This document shows, in pieces, positions 13,298-24,897 of a stretch of 64,000 nucleotides of DNA. Positions within the stretch are counted from its first letter, which is position 1; each line of letters opens with the position of its first letter. The stretch lies in assembly GCA_051362555.1 (NCBI GenBank), contig CM120647.1, positions 16,344,651-16,408,650 on the forward strand. The letters run 5' to 3'. The translations under genes were made by a program, and so were the position numbers. Below the pieces are notes generated by a model, which was not told the origin of the DNA, searched no databases, and saw only the letters and a list, made by a program, of their open reading frames with translations. Source of the stretch: Lingula anatina. Lineage: Eukaryota > Animalia > Brachiopoda.

Positions 13298-14480
13298 AGT
13301 ATGCCACCTGAAGACAGAGTTTTGCTGGAGGAAGAGTTCTATATATATATAAATAAAAGAGGACCGTTAGAAGATGTTATATACATGTAATCAATCGAAC
13401 TTTGTGACTTCTTTAAAATTTAGAAAACAATAGTAAAGCCTGAAAAAAAGAAAAGGCTGAATTATTGGTATTATATTCTACAATTACTATTATTATATAA
13501 TTGATAGGTGAACGTGTTCAAAATGCTACTGAGAGTTAACAAGCTAATTGAAAGAAAAATTAAGGGCGTCATTCTGATCTAAGGCTAGTAATTCTTGTTG
13601 GTATATTACCACACAAACAATATTTTCTGTACAGATTTTTTTTTCTGTTGAGCATTTATGTAAATCCTCTGTCAAATTTGCATATATGTTGATTGTAATC
13701 TGAAATTTGCATATGTGTTGATTTTATTCTTTTGGGCATCTTGTAATCATTCTGATCACTAACGGCCAGGATTTTCTGTCGCAGGCTTGGCATATCTTGT
13801 TCAGACCAGGGCCCTGTCTAATCTTCTTTGTCGTTTCTTTTGTTGAAACTACATGGTGTTGCTTCAAGAAAAAGCCATTTCGCAATTCTTTCTTCATTGC
13901 CTCGTTATAATCAATATTATGATTTTATTTTACTTTCTGTTGAGTAATTCTTTATAGTAAGGTGTTGTCAGTGTCCCTCTTCGTAGCTACTTGTAGTACA
14001 TGCAAAAATTTAGGATTTTTTTCCAGCATCTGTAATCCAAGATTTATTAAATTACTATTAATTTTTTATTTTATTTTTTACGATTGCCAGACATCAACTC
14101 TCCAGAACACTATAAAAGTCAATTGTGGTACATGTGATTAAAAAAGAAAGATGTTACCTTCGAAATGGAAATGAACTCCCGCTCTTCTATGTGATTACAC
14201 TGATATGTTAAGGACCTTTCTGGGTTTTGAGTTGTAATTGGTAAAATTGTTTTAAGTACTCTAACTTGACTCTGGTATTGTTAAGCCAACAAGGCTGCTT
14301 TAATATTGTAACATCGTTGAGAAATGGACACTGTATCATCTTTAAGATGGAGAAACCTTGGTCTAGAGAGACGGGTTGTTTGGTTCAGCAAAAGATACCA
14401 ATGATTTCTGTTGTTTTGTGACCTTTCTATTTTCTTGACTTTGATCTATAAAATGAAGCCGGTTGCAAGTGGTTCAGTAT

Positions 14481-14486
14481 AATAAA
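14481..14486 (+). terminator. Probable YTHDF polyadenylation signal
   Basis: AATAAA ~1.2 kb after the stop, followed by a U/GU-rich downstream stretch. Confidence 0.45.
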
Positions 14487-15655
14487 GAACGACAGTATCT
14501 TGGAATTAGAATCAACACACTTGTTTCTTGTAATGCTGCATTGGTTCAATGGTAGTAAACGTGGTTGCCTGGCCTGTTCACCCACTGGATACCTGCTTGC
14601 TTAGCAAGTAGGCATTTTACTTGCAGATCTGAAGGAGAACGTGAATACAAAATGACGAGAAATTATCTTAACGCTTGAACTTATCGCATTGACCTAGTCT
14701 GTAGGCATTATTCTGGCCTGTTATTTTGTGATTGATTTTTCGAGAGTAATAATAATAATACCTGTTAAATAAATGAACGGGAATCTAAATCCGATAGCTG
14801 TTATTTTTATTACTATGATACAATATGATCTATTTGCTTTAGCGGGTTTTTTCTGGCAGCTTAAGACATTATCTTGACTACTGCAATGGTGAAAGTTTAT
14901 TATTTGTATTTCGTGGACTTAAGTATATCATATGCGAAGGTCTGCTGAACTTGTGGACTCTCTAATGTACAGGGCAACAAAAAGGCCTGTCAAATGATGT
15001 GATGTACGTGTAGTGAAAAGAGCTGCAGCAACTTTTCAAAAGGCGATTAAATTTGCAATGATGGCAAAAGTTGTAAAAAGGAGTTCGTTGTTGTTACTGA
15101 TTCGTCATTTGTTGGTTCGTATGAGAAAATCCAAGAAATTTGTGCAAAATTTTGGGGTGTTAAATTTTGTTTAAGTCTGATGCAATGCCTTATATTCGAC
15201 AAGTGTTTTATTTCTTTTTACTGCCACATCTTCTATAGTGTAAATGTTTAAGGAGTGAAAATGAGAAAACGGTCTCTTCTCATATGACACCATTCCTTGA
15301 AACATTTATGGATTTTTATCTCCCAAGTTTGTAAAAAAAAATAAATCATATCAGCAAGCCGTGTGTTGTAACCAAAATAATGTTAACAGGTCCCGGGGAG
15401 ATTTTTTTTTAAAGGATACCTAGCTTCAATAATGTTGAATGCATTGTTTATATGGGTGAACATAGTACCTCTCTCTTCGGGTTGTGAAGTGTTCGTGAAA
15501 TGTGTTAGCTGAGAACTATGTAGAGCGCATGCACCGACATTGTTTACATCCGGTGTGTTGAGCATGCCATTTTACACAGCCGGCAAGTGGGCGATAACAG
15601 TATTAAACTTTATCCGAGGAGATTAACTGAAACTGACTTAAGTAAAAGCAGAAAC

Positions 15656-16636
15656 ATGTCGACATTGAAGAACGAGATGGGTTTCTTCACAAGACCTGAA
15701 AAATCGTTCTCAGAAGCAATGAAGGATGCTTGGAAAGCGGCACAATCGGGGCGCAGCCCCATGGAGGCCCATTTTGAAACTGACTCCCTGAGCGAGGAGT
15801 CGGCCCGACAGCGCTTTGAAGCCCTCAACGCGGCTGGTAGATTTTTCTACGGATCTCTCAGCATAATTGTACTCTATTTAGCGGACACGACGACCCTACC
15901 TTACGTGTATGCTGATGACCCAGATGCATTAACCACAAGACGATGGGTGTTTTACTACATTTTCATAAACCTGACTTTGAATTACCTGTTAGTCGTCTTC
16001 CAGTTGTCTAAGTACAAGCCAGACGCTTTGCCGACAGTTGCCCCGAAGGAATGGTGGAAATACTGCGACCGCTGTAAAGATCGTATACCAACAAGGGCGC
16101 ATCATTGCCCCCTGTGTTTTGCGTGTATTTTACGTCGAGATCACCACTGCTTTTTCGCTGGGGTCTGCATTTCGTTCAACAACCAGCGCTACTTTGTTGT
16201 TGCATTGACTTACATCCTCGTGGGATGCTTGTACAGTTTATGGCTAAGTAACAAGTACCTTTCCGGGACTTACAGAGCTATGTTTTCGTCTGAATGGTAT
16301 TATTTTCTTCCCCCTGTGATGCTGTACGACTTCGTTTTCGGAATTGCGACCATCAAAGTTTTGCTCATCTGTGTGATAGGATTTTTCTCGTTTTCCGCGG
16401 GTCTCACTGCCGCATATTACTTGACGATGCAAATTCTTCTTATTATAAGAGGACAAACGACTCACGAGTTTGGAAAAGGAATAATAACTTACAGAAGAGG
16501 CTTAAAACACAATATAGAATCTGTGTTCGGACCTATTTGTTTGGTTCCTTTTTATTTCATATTTCCCGTAGTTTACTGTGTGAAACCAAAAGGAAATGGA
16601 CTAGAATGGGAAACTGTGAACGGGAAGAAAGTATGA
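15656..16636 (+). CDS. DHHC-type palmitoyltransferase (ZDHHC22/24-like), intronless CDS, 326 aa
   Basis: Cys-rich domain CDRCKDRIPTRAHHCPLCFACILRRDHHCFFAGVCISFNNQRYF, four hydrophobic segments and a TTHE (TTxE) motif; first ATG is at 15656 (the ORF-track start is GTG). Confidence 0.92.
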   Translation: MSTLKNEMGFFTRPEKSFSEAMKDAWKAAQSGRSPMEAHFETDSLSEESARQRFEALNAAGRFFYGSLSIIVLYLADTTTLPYVYADDPDALTTRRWVFYYIFINLTLNYLLVVFQLSKYKPDALPTVAPKEWWKYCDRCKDRIPTRAHHCPLCFACILRRDHHCFFAGVCISFNNQRYFVVALTYILVGCLYSLWLSNKYLSGTYRAMFSSEWYYFLPPVMLYDFVFGIATIKVLLICVIGFFSFSAGLTAAYYLTMQILLIIRGQTTHEFGKGIITYRRGLKHNIESVFGPICLVPFYFIFPVVYCVKPKGNGLEWETVNGKKV

Positions 16637-18024
16637 TGAAGTTATTAGTATTGCTTTCTTTATCCTTTCATCACTGAATTAATTTTTTAATTCTCAGTCA
16701 ACAGCTTTATAGGCTTTCAAACTTATTACTGTTTTTACTTTTCAATTTTTATACTTTTTATATGTGATACATATTTACATGTGCATTGACATTGATACAG
16801 GTTATCATGAAAAAAAAAAGGCACCAAGATTTAGGTGTTTGAGTTTGAGAGATTACTGAAACAATAAGGCCTCTCCACAAACTTTATCTCCCCCCCCTCC
16901 CCATTTCTTATTTCAGAAATCTCTAAAATTCTTGGTATGTTGGTGTTAACATGATTTGAATATTTCATTTTGGGTCATTATTGACACAGGAGGTCACCAC
17001 CAGTCACAATGCATTCATCTCTTCTGTCAATAAACAATTAAGCTGTTGCTGTGGAGATAGTTAGCCTGCTCAAAAGCCGTGTGCTCTGCAGTCTTTGTAT
17101 GATCAATTAGGATTTGTGCCAGCAAGAGCAGCCTCTTGAAAAGGCTTGAGCAAAATACTATACTACATTATATGTATGAAGCTTTGCCAGCTGATCTTAA
17201 CATATGACTGAAATTGTACGTGGTCAGCATATAAATTAATTTTATTGGACTAGTCCACTTTTGGGATATGTTTATTTGTATTTCTTCTAGTGCAGTACAA
17301 GGCATATTTCCATTTTATTTTTCAAATAAACTTTCATTTATTAAATAATGAACAATACAAAGGTCTTAATTTCATGGTTTTGAAACAAGTATATCAATTA
17401 GAGGAAGATTATGGAAGACAATGATTGTCTCAGTCTAAGTACAAAAAAATCTAAAAAGGCTATTTCAAAAAAAAAAAAAAAATTATTTATAATAATAATA
17501 AAATAAATGACCTAAACAAAACATAAAAAGTATCAAAAAAATATGTCTTCAGTGTTATTAACATGCACGTTTTATCTGCAGCAACATATAATGCAAAAGA
17601 TCTTAATTAAAAAGAATACCCTGAGAAAAAGACAGCTGATATCTAAACCTGTACAGCTTTCATTCTAACTAAAATTCAAGATTGTTCGAAAATTTGATGA
17701 AAAAAAAAAAAAAAAAAAAAACGATACCATTCATGGCTGTAATTAGCCTGAAAATGAAAATGGAAACTGAATCTCAAAATTTTCCTTCTTTGAATCACTC
17801 CTGGGAGGCGGAAAGGGGGACTTTATACAAAGACCATTAATTTGCCAATCTCTGAAACTGGAGCAGTACAGAGAACAGTTCAACTCAAAGTGAAAAGGGC
17901 CTATCCCCCCCCCCCCTCCTGTGCACACAGGTTAAAGGTGCTTCAATTTTTGATTGCAAGACATTTTGATCATCTGCTCTATTTCATGCTGTCATATTTT
18001 TACCTCATTCATAAATACACAGTC

Positions 18025-19128
18025 TCAATGGTCCTTATTAGCAAATACCACTTTGAGAGGTTGTCCCCTAGGATTAAATATTTTGAGATCCTTCCACTCT
18101 GTTCCATCCCCACTCTGTCTGTACAACAACTGAAGGGGGAGGATGAAGTTAAAAAACCAAAATTCCCCAAAAACTGATCTCAGTTTCTCCCGCATGCTGC
18201 TCAAGCATACTACGTGCAAGTTTTGTCGCACCTCAAATGTAGTTTTTCCAGTCAGTACCAAAATCATCTCCCAAAGGAAGAACCCCAATCCCAGAATTCC
18301 ACTCCACCATAAAATGTAGCAGTATGAAATAAGCAGGAGATTGTGAAACGTGATTTTTCCTTCAAACCACGTGTAAAATGTATACGGGAATGCATAATCG
18401 TACCAGTGCATGTCATCAGGGAGAACAGAATGTAAATAGTAGAGCACATGCAGAAAAGAAGCCAAACTGCCTACGCCAGTGTAAAATGATAACACGACGA
18501 AATAACGCTGATTGTAAAATCCTATGCAGCGTCCAACGAAATAACAGTGGTGGTCATGCTTCAGTATGCACTTGCGACAGTCACGGCAGTGGTGAGAGCG
18601 CGGAGGTGCATCGTGCTGGCAAATTAAACAACGTTTCCATGCCAGATTCATTTCTTCTTTTGACGCAAACTCTTGTTCGGTACGAATGCCTGAGACACCT
18701 TCCCGCCTGTGACTTCCATGTTCATTGTCCAACACAGCCATGTCAGCAATAGCTACTTCGTCCCACAAAGTTTTTCTTAAATTGGGTCTGTCTCTCGTCA
18801 CAAAATATCCAGTTTCGTAACATCTTACACACAGCCAATTAGCGATCACCTGTATAAAGCAAAACGTCAATGCAACCCTTAACGGGTAGACATAATGTGG
18901 ATAATCTTTTTCGTATATTTCTGGTATGACATCTATCATACCAACATAATATCCAGTGAAGAGAGTGTACATAAATATTCCCGATGAAATACGGTCAGTA
19001 CAGATAAGGGTCTCTCGTTTAAGTCCTTTCCCATGATAATGAGCGCGAAATTTCCCCATGAGGGTATCTTGTTCATCTCCATCCTCTGGTTCTCCATACT
19101 GCTCAACTGTCATCCTATGTGGCGGCAT
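18025..19128 (-). CDS. DHHC-type palmitoyltransferase (ZDHHC22/24-like), intronless CDS, 367 aa
   Basis: CLICQHDAPPRSHHCRDCRKCILKHDHHCYFVGRCIGFYNQRYF, TTFE motif and TM segments; first in-frame ATG at 19128, in-frame TGA upstream at 19222-19224. Confidence 0.92.
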   Translation of the reverse strand: MPPHRMTVEQYGEPEDGDEQDTLMGKFRAHYHGKGLKRETLICTDRISSGIFMYTLFTGYYVGMIDVIPEIYEKDYPHYVYPLRVALTFCFIQVIANWLCVRCYETGYFVTRDRPNLRKTLWDEVAIADMAVLDNEHGSHRREGVSGIRTEQEFASKEEMNLAWKRCLICQHDAPPRSHHCRDCRKCILKHDHHCYFVGRCIGFYNQRYFVVLSFYTGVGSLASFLHVLYYLHSVLPDDMHWYDYAFPYTFYTWFEGKITFHNLLLISYCYILWWSGILGLGFFLWEMILVLTGKTTFEVRQNLHVVCLSSMREKLRSVFGEFWFFNFILPLQLLYRQSGDGTEWKDLKIFNPRGQPLKVVFANKDH

Positions 19129-19273
19129 GTTGTCGGGATACTGAGGTAGAGGTCTTTCAGGTGTCAAGGTCAACTGAATGTAGGTCAAAATGTGCTGCAG
19201 ACCAAGCTCACCCAATAAAGGTCAGAAGATAGGGCTATGGAGGTCAAGAACTGTTTTTATCTCATCACTGTTT

Positions 19274-19723
19274 CTGAAATAAATAGAAAACATGAGAAAA
19301 TAGGCCTACATAGATGTATATTTAGTATGACAGCCGTGTTATTTTCTTAATAGTAACTGTAGCTAAATATAAGATTATTCGACCCGATTTCACCACCAGT
19401 TCTTGTTATAATGAAAAGTATGAAAGCTTAATCGAATGAAAATGTATTTAATAAAGGATAAGATCATATTCACGGTGCGCCTTGGGTAAAAACAGTTAGC
19501 CAACTTTACACAATGAAACAAATACGCCAAACCAATAAAGTGCTTTTGAGCCCAGAGTGGATCTTCGATAAACTGATATCTAAATTTAATATTAAGCCAT
19601 TCCGAAGCACCAAACTTAGGTCCACAGCGTAGGCTACTAACTAATTTACATGCAGTAGGCTACATTCTTTCAGTTTCACGTCATTGTTTAACATTTTACG
19701 GGTTAATGTATCCACAGACATAC
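19274..19723 (-). other. Predicted 5'-leader intron of the second DHHC gene
   Basis: Minus-strand donor AAG|GTATGT at 19723 and acceptor TTTTCTATTTATTTCAG| at 19274. Confidence 0.6.
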
Positions 19724-20194
19724 CTTTCAGCGCTTTTTGGCATCCTGGAACTATTGTTCTGTCTTGAAGTCGAACACAAGGAAATCCTCTTATATCGATT
19801 GCTGTAGTTAATCATATGATGTTCCCAGGCATCTGATATGCTTGCTGGCAGGGGTAATCCTAGAGAGGGGTAAGAAACGTCCATTGTTCTCGTCAGTGAG
19901 GCTAACCAAATTCAGGGTATGTACGCACAGACAGAAAACCATGTATTGTGGGAACGTTACCAATGAAGCCACTGGTAGTACTAGTAGATATCAGTCTGTA
20001 GTCTTGAACAGGCACCTCGATGACCAGTGAACAGTTGTCAAAAACAAAAGACCCAGGTGTGGTAAATCGACTACTGTTCATGCGTGCCGCAAAGACCAAG
20101 CCTTATTGCCCCTCAAGGTCACAAACCAATATCCGGTACTGACGGTTAGACTCGTCATAATCATATAAGTAGCGCGTTTCCACCTCCTGTTGCT

Positions 20195-20621
20195 GGCTAA
20201 GGCCGCCGCCATCTTCAAACATCGAAATACGGAACTACGCATGCCCAGTTCAATTAGTGCCTTGGCAACAATAAACCAGATTTCTCACCTAGCACAATCA
20301 TGTTCATGTCTTGTTTTTTTTTCTTCTGTTGTGATTATCAAAAGAACTTTCAAAAGCCTTCTTGAATACGGTAGAACATTCCAGAATACCTTAAAATTCT
20401 TATTTTTATCTTGCAATCGGTGGCATTAAAGACTTAATTATAAAACACATGGAGCAAAATCAACGGCAATCATTCTCCTACTCAATTTACTGCATGTTCT
20501 TTCACTCCACCCTTCACTTCACCGATCCTTGCATATTTGTGCGCTCGCGTTGATCGTTATTTGCGTGTACATGTGAGGCTTCTTCCTTTATTTCTTTCCG
20601 TACTTTCTTTCTTTCCCTCCT

Positions 20622-20653
<32 letters not shown>

Positions 20654-20988
20654 TCCGATTACTTTTTGGTGCTCATCCACCATTTTTTTTTTTTTATTTT
20701 ATTTTTTTTTTTTTTTTTTTTTGTAATTTTGTCATATACTGTCCAAAAATTAAACTACATCCATGGAAACTGGTTTGCTTCACTGTTAGGAGAACGTGAA
20801 ACTTCAAAGTGATTTATATTAATGGAGCCCGCATGTAGGCCAAGGTCGACACAACAGAGTGCAAATTATACACTGTTACACGCAGAACATCAGCGTACAT
20901 TTTTTTCACGTGGCGTAATACTCCTTCGTTACTCATACTAGGTCACCACAGTTTGACGGTCACAGTAGCGGTTGAAGGAACACAGATC
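20195..20988. promoter_or_regulatory. Head-to-head promoter region between the second DHHC gene (-) and ADI1 (+)
   Basis: YY1 motif GCCGCCATCTT (~20205-20215), ACTACGCATGCCCAG (ZNF143/NRF1-like, ~20234-20248) and an E-box CACGTG near 20907; the genes are divergently oriented. Confidence 0.5.
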
Positions 20989-21111
20989 ATGGTTCGAGCC
21001 TGGTACTTCGATAACGATGAAGAAGGGAACAAGAAGCTCCCGCACATGACCGATCCGCCCCAGTTTGTGGATTTAGAAGGTCTGAAGAAGATTGGCGTAC
21101 TTTACTGGAAG
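20989..21111 (+). CDS. ADI1: Acireductone dioxygenase-like, exon 1
   Basis: MVRAWYFD...LPH...V.LE.LKKIGVLYWK|GTGAGA is typical of the ARD N-terminus. Confidence 0.9.
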
Positions 21112-23144
21112 GTGAGACGCTATGGCGCACACTGAATTCATTCTGCTGCACGTCTTCTTGGCTCACTACCCCCCAGACTTTCAAACCTAGAGTTTGCTGG
21201 AAAATTAATTCTGTTATCATTGTATTTATACTGATATATGTTGTTATTGGGAACTACAGAGGCATGCGGGTAATAAGAGTTGAATGCCCACTTATCTCGG
21301 AAAGTATTTTGCCTTATTTTCACTAATTAACAATTCAGTATCTAGTATATATAGGATTAATTATGCTTCATGTCTTCTCATTTTACCCTCAGTTGCACAG
21401 TTAACTGGACACCAAACACCTGTTTTTTAAAAATTAAATTCAAGATTAGCCTGGATATGGGGACAAGAGATTGCGTCTAGCGTGTTTACATGCCTCATTT
21501 CGTCTAGGCCCTGTTTTTCTGAATTTTCTGTTTTTTCCTGGTTTCTAAGTGTTAAGAAGAGCATAACAAGGCGAAGACAAACGATCATTTAACCTAGTGC
21601 CTCTCTTCGCCCCTGTAACGTCTATAACCTTGCTGTCCGTGCTCGTTCACGACCTCATACCTTTGAATTGCATATTTGTTCTGTTTTCATAGATTTAACT
21701 GAATTTCAGTTGAATGACAATTGCAATCAACGCCACTTCGCTTAATTAGAATAATACTTATATTTTAAGGATTTATACTAAGTGCGTAATAAGCACGTCC
21801 CTTGTACTGTACAAAAACAGCATCAAGATAACGTCTGCTTCACATGTTTTTATTCATATTTCCGTGTGACCTAAATTCACCGATATTTTTACATCGGAAA
21901 GGCCTAAGATGATGATGTGCTTTTCATGCGTGAAGTTGTTTTTTTTATGGTTATTACCTCACCCAGGGATGCATGCGGATACAAATTTCCCTGCCAGAAC
22001 TAGTTACATTCTGAATCTTGGATTAAGCATATCACGGAGTAAAAGATGTCAAACAGGGGTATTTTTAGTATGTTGTTTATTCACTACCGTGCTTTGCATA
22101 GAGGCTTTCATTAAACGCATTTATGAATTGAAAGAACTTAAGATAAAGAGGTACTTGTTCATAATGCGAGAAGTTGATGAGGATTTAGCTGTACCAGGAT
22201 CTTTTCAAAAAACAGTCTGGATTAAAAAAAAAAAAAAAAAAGCAAATGTGCATTTCATTAGGGTCGAAATGAAATGTGATCTTGGATTACGCATACCGTG
22301 CACGTGTTCACGTCGACGTTGTTGACACTGTTCCTGTATGTTTTAATAAACGTCATATCTTGATCCCTTTTGCATTTTTCTTCATCTTGGACCTGGTTCA
22401 ATAAGATATACCAGTGAAGACATCCTATTATGCCTTGAATATCATGTTCTTCGTATTTCAGCATTTCCAAATTTAATTTCTACCAAAGGTCAACTTGGTG
22501 ATGGAGTTTTTTTTAAATATAAATTTTAATTGTTTTTGTTTTATTATTTTTTCTTGATCTGAAATGCAAATGTGCACAGAATGAACTAAAAGAGTCTCTG
22601 TGAATGTCGAGAGTGGAAAATATCTTTCCATAACCAAAACTAGTCGTATTATATCCAGGTTATGTTGTTATTCAGGGTTGTGTTAGGTGACTCATTCACT
22701 CCATCTGATGGGCGGGTTTGTTGTACATAGTGATATACTTGTATACAGGAACGAGATACTGTGTGAGACAAATCTATAGATAAGTAAAAAATAATTAGTC
22801 ATTAAGATGATATAAAAATATGATAAATTTTTGATAAATATGTAGATATAAACAGACAGACCAACAAAAAATAAATAAATAAATGAATAAATAGATAGAT
22901 AAAAAAATAAAATAATATATTAATAACCGTAATCAGATAAAGAATAAACCGAAGCATTAAAAGATAGATGGATAGTTGGAAAATATAAATGAAAATAAAA
23001 GAATGCATGAATAACCGACTAATAGATATACCTACAGGAGGGGGTGTTGCGCATATATGCAAACAGATCATCTTCATATATGATCAAAGATCTTAGAATG
23101 TCAATTTATTTTCTCTCTTTTATTTTTCTTCCCTCAAATTATTT

Positions 23145-23182
<38 letters not shown>

Positions 23183-23313
23183 ATTTTTTTCTTCTGCCTC
23201 TTCAAGTTATTCTCCCTCCTTCTTCTTCCTATTCTTTTTCTTCTTCTTCTTCTTCTTATCACCAGTATTATGTATCTCACTTCATATATAAATATCCCGT
23301 ATCACGTGTTCAG

Positions 23314-23439
23314 GTGGACGTGGACGGTGACGACATGGAGGAGGGAGGACTGGTACCCAAGCTGAAGGAAGAGCGGGGATACAAACACGGAGACAGCATT
23401 GCCATCAGCAGAGAGCTCATGCCGGATTACGTGGACGTG
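23314..23439 (+). CDS. ADI1: Acireductone dioxygenase-like, exon 2
   Basis: TTCAG|VDVDGDDMEEGGLVPKLKEERGYKHGDSIAISRELMPDYVDV|GTAAGC; matches the ERGY..D.I...P.Y pattern. Confidence 0.88.
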
Positions 23440-23816
23440 GTAAGCCTTCACCCTTAGGTTTAGAGGTCAGGGGAAGCCCCAGTAGGGCCCTTAGGTTCGG
23501 AGGCTATAGGAAGTAGTACCCTGAGTTTCAGAAATAATAAAAAATCGCCTCTTATGTCAGCATACCCAAATTTTCAGCTGGTAAACGTAGATGAGGTTCC
23601 TAGCAGAGGCACACCGACTGTCGTATGTGTTTTCTGCTAATCTCTGAAACTTAATATTCAGGACATTTTTTTTCATAATATCAGAGCGCAATGCGCTAGA
23701 GCAGACACATTTGATTTAATTAAGTCCACCAAGGAGGTTGTGTGTTTGTTGGTTTGCTAGTTGAGATTTGTCAGAAAAAGTTATAAAAAGGTTTTTCTAA
23801 GGTTGGGTCGGACATA

Positions 23817-24062
23817 GGCTTCATTCCCATAGACACCACTGGGCTATATAGCTCAATCTAAATCCGCGGGGATTCTCGCTGAATGTAATCAGATTAACAC
23901 ATTAACCCGCCTCTTCCTTACAATGAACATAATACAGAAAAGCTGATGATTATACGAGTACGTTAGAAACAAGAGGAGGCGTATTCATCTGCTAATCTGA
24001 CTGCACTCCCCGCAGAGTTGGATCGGTCTACGAAGAACGATATTTTCATTGGAAATGACTCC
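23817..24062. mobile_element. Fold-back MITE, family A, copy 1 (in ADI1 intron 2)
   Basis: Ends TCATTCCCA.../...TTGGAAATGA and internal inverted GCCTC.TC / GAGGAGGC; homologous to 34431-34679. Confidence 0.7.
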
Positions 24063-24187
24063 TTAAAATAGATTACTATTTAATGATGATGATCCATCAA
24101 AACTAATCAATTATGATAACTGATCTTTCTTGTTGAAGATCCCTGCTGTCTGGGAGTTTTCTAACAGTGTCGTTTTCTTGATTTCAG

Positions 24188-24370
24188 AGCAAAATGCTCT
24201 ACACCGAGCACCTGCATCCCGACGAGGAGATCCGCTTGGCTGTGGACGGCGTTGCCTATTTTGATGTCAGAGATCTGGAGGACAAGTGGATCCGCATCGA
24301 AATTTCCAAGGGCGACCTGATTATTTTGCCAGCAGGATTGTACCACAGATTCACAGTAGAACAGGAAAAG
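24188..24370 (+). CDS. ADI1: Acireductone dioxygenase-like, exon 3 (cupin metal site)
   Basis: [10 protein letters not shown]...YFDVRD..DKWIRI....[15 protein letters not shown]; the H-x-H-xxx-E and distal H ligands are retained. Confidence 0.95.
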
Positions 24371-24741
24371 GTGATTCCGCTCTCTCTCTCATCTAATTTA
24401 TATTTTATTCCAGGGCTTCATAAGCGGGTCCCAAGACTGTACATAACCATGGAAAAATGTAGCAATCATAGTGGTCATTTTGGATTTGGTCCGTTTCCAT
24501 GATTACAATTTTCACATCATGGCTTAATTTGACCAGCAGATTTTGTGCTATCCGATTCCGTATGTTTTAGGGCTGTGCATAGAAGGGGGGCTTGTTTTTC
24601 CCTTTTGCCGCCGACCTTCCTAATTCATTCATTTATTTATTTATTTATTTCAGTTATTCATTGATTGATTCTTTCTAATTTAAGGATATTCACACCTGTA
24701 ATAACAACAACTCTAGGTCTTCTAATTCTTTGTCATTTCAG

Positions 24742-24897
24742 CGTTTTGTCAAACTGGAGCGCTTTTTCACAGAGATCACGCGCTGGACGCCATACAACCG
24801 TCCCGCAGATGATCATCCTGCCCGCGTGGCGTATCTTAAATCAATGGAAAAACCCAAGGAGGAAGAGAAGAAGTTCAGGTGGTGCAACTTTCTCTAA
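24742..24897 (+). CDS. ADI1: Acireductone dioxygenase-like, exon 4 (ends KKFRWCNFL*)
   Basis: TTTCAG|RFVKLERFFTEITRWTPYNRPADDHPARVAYLKSMEKPKEEEKKFRWCNFL*; WTPYNRPAD motif; total 195 aa. Confidence 0.88.
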   Translation, partial: RFVKLERFFTEITRWTPYNRPADDHPARVAYLKSMEKPKEEEKKFRWCNFL

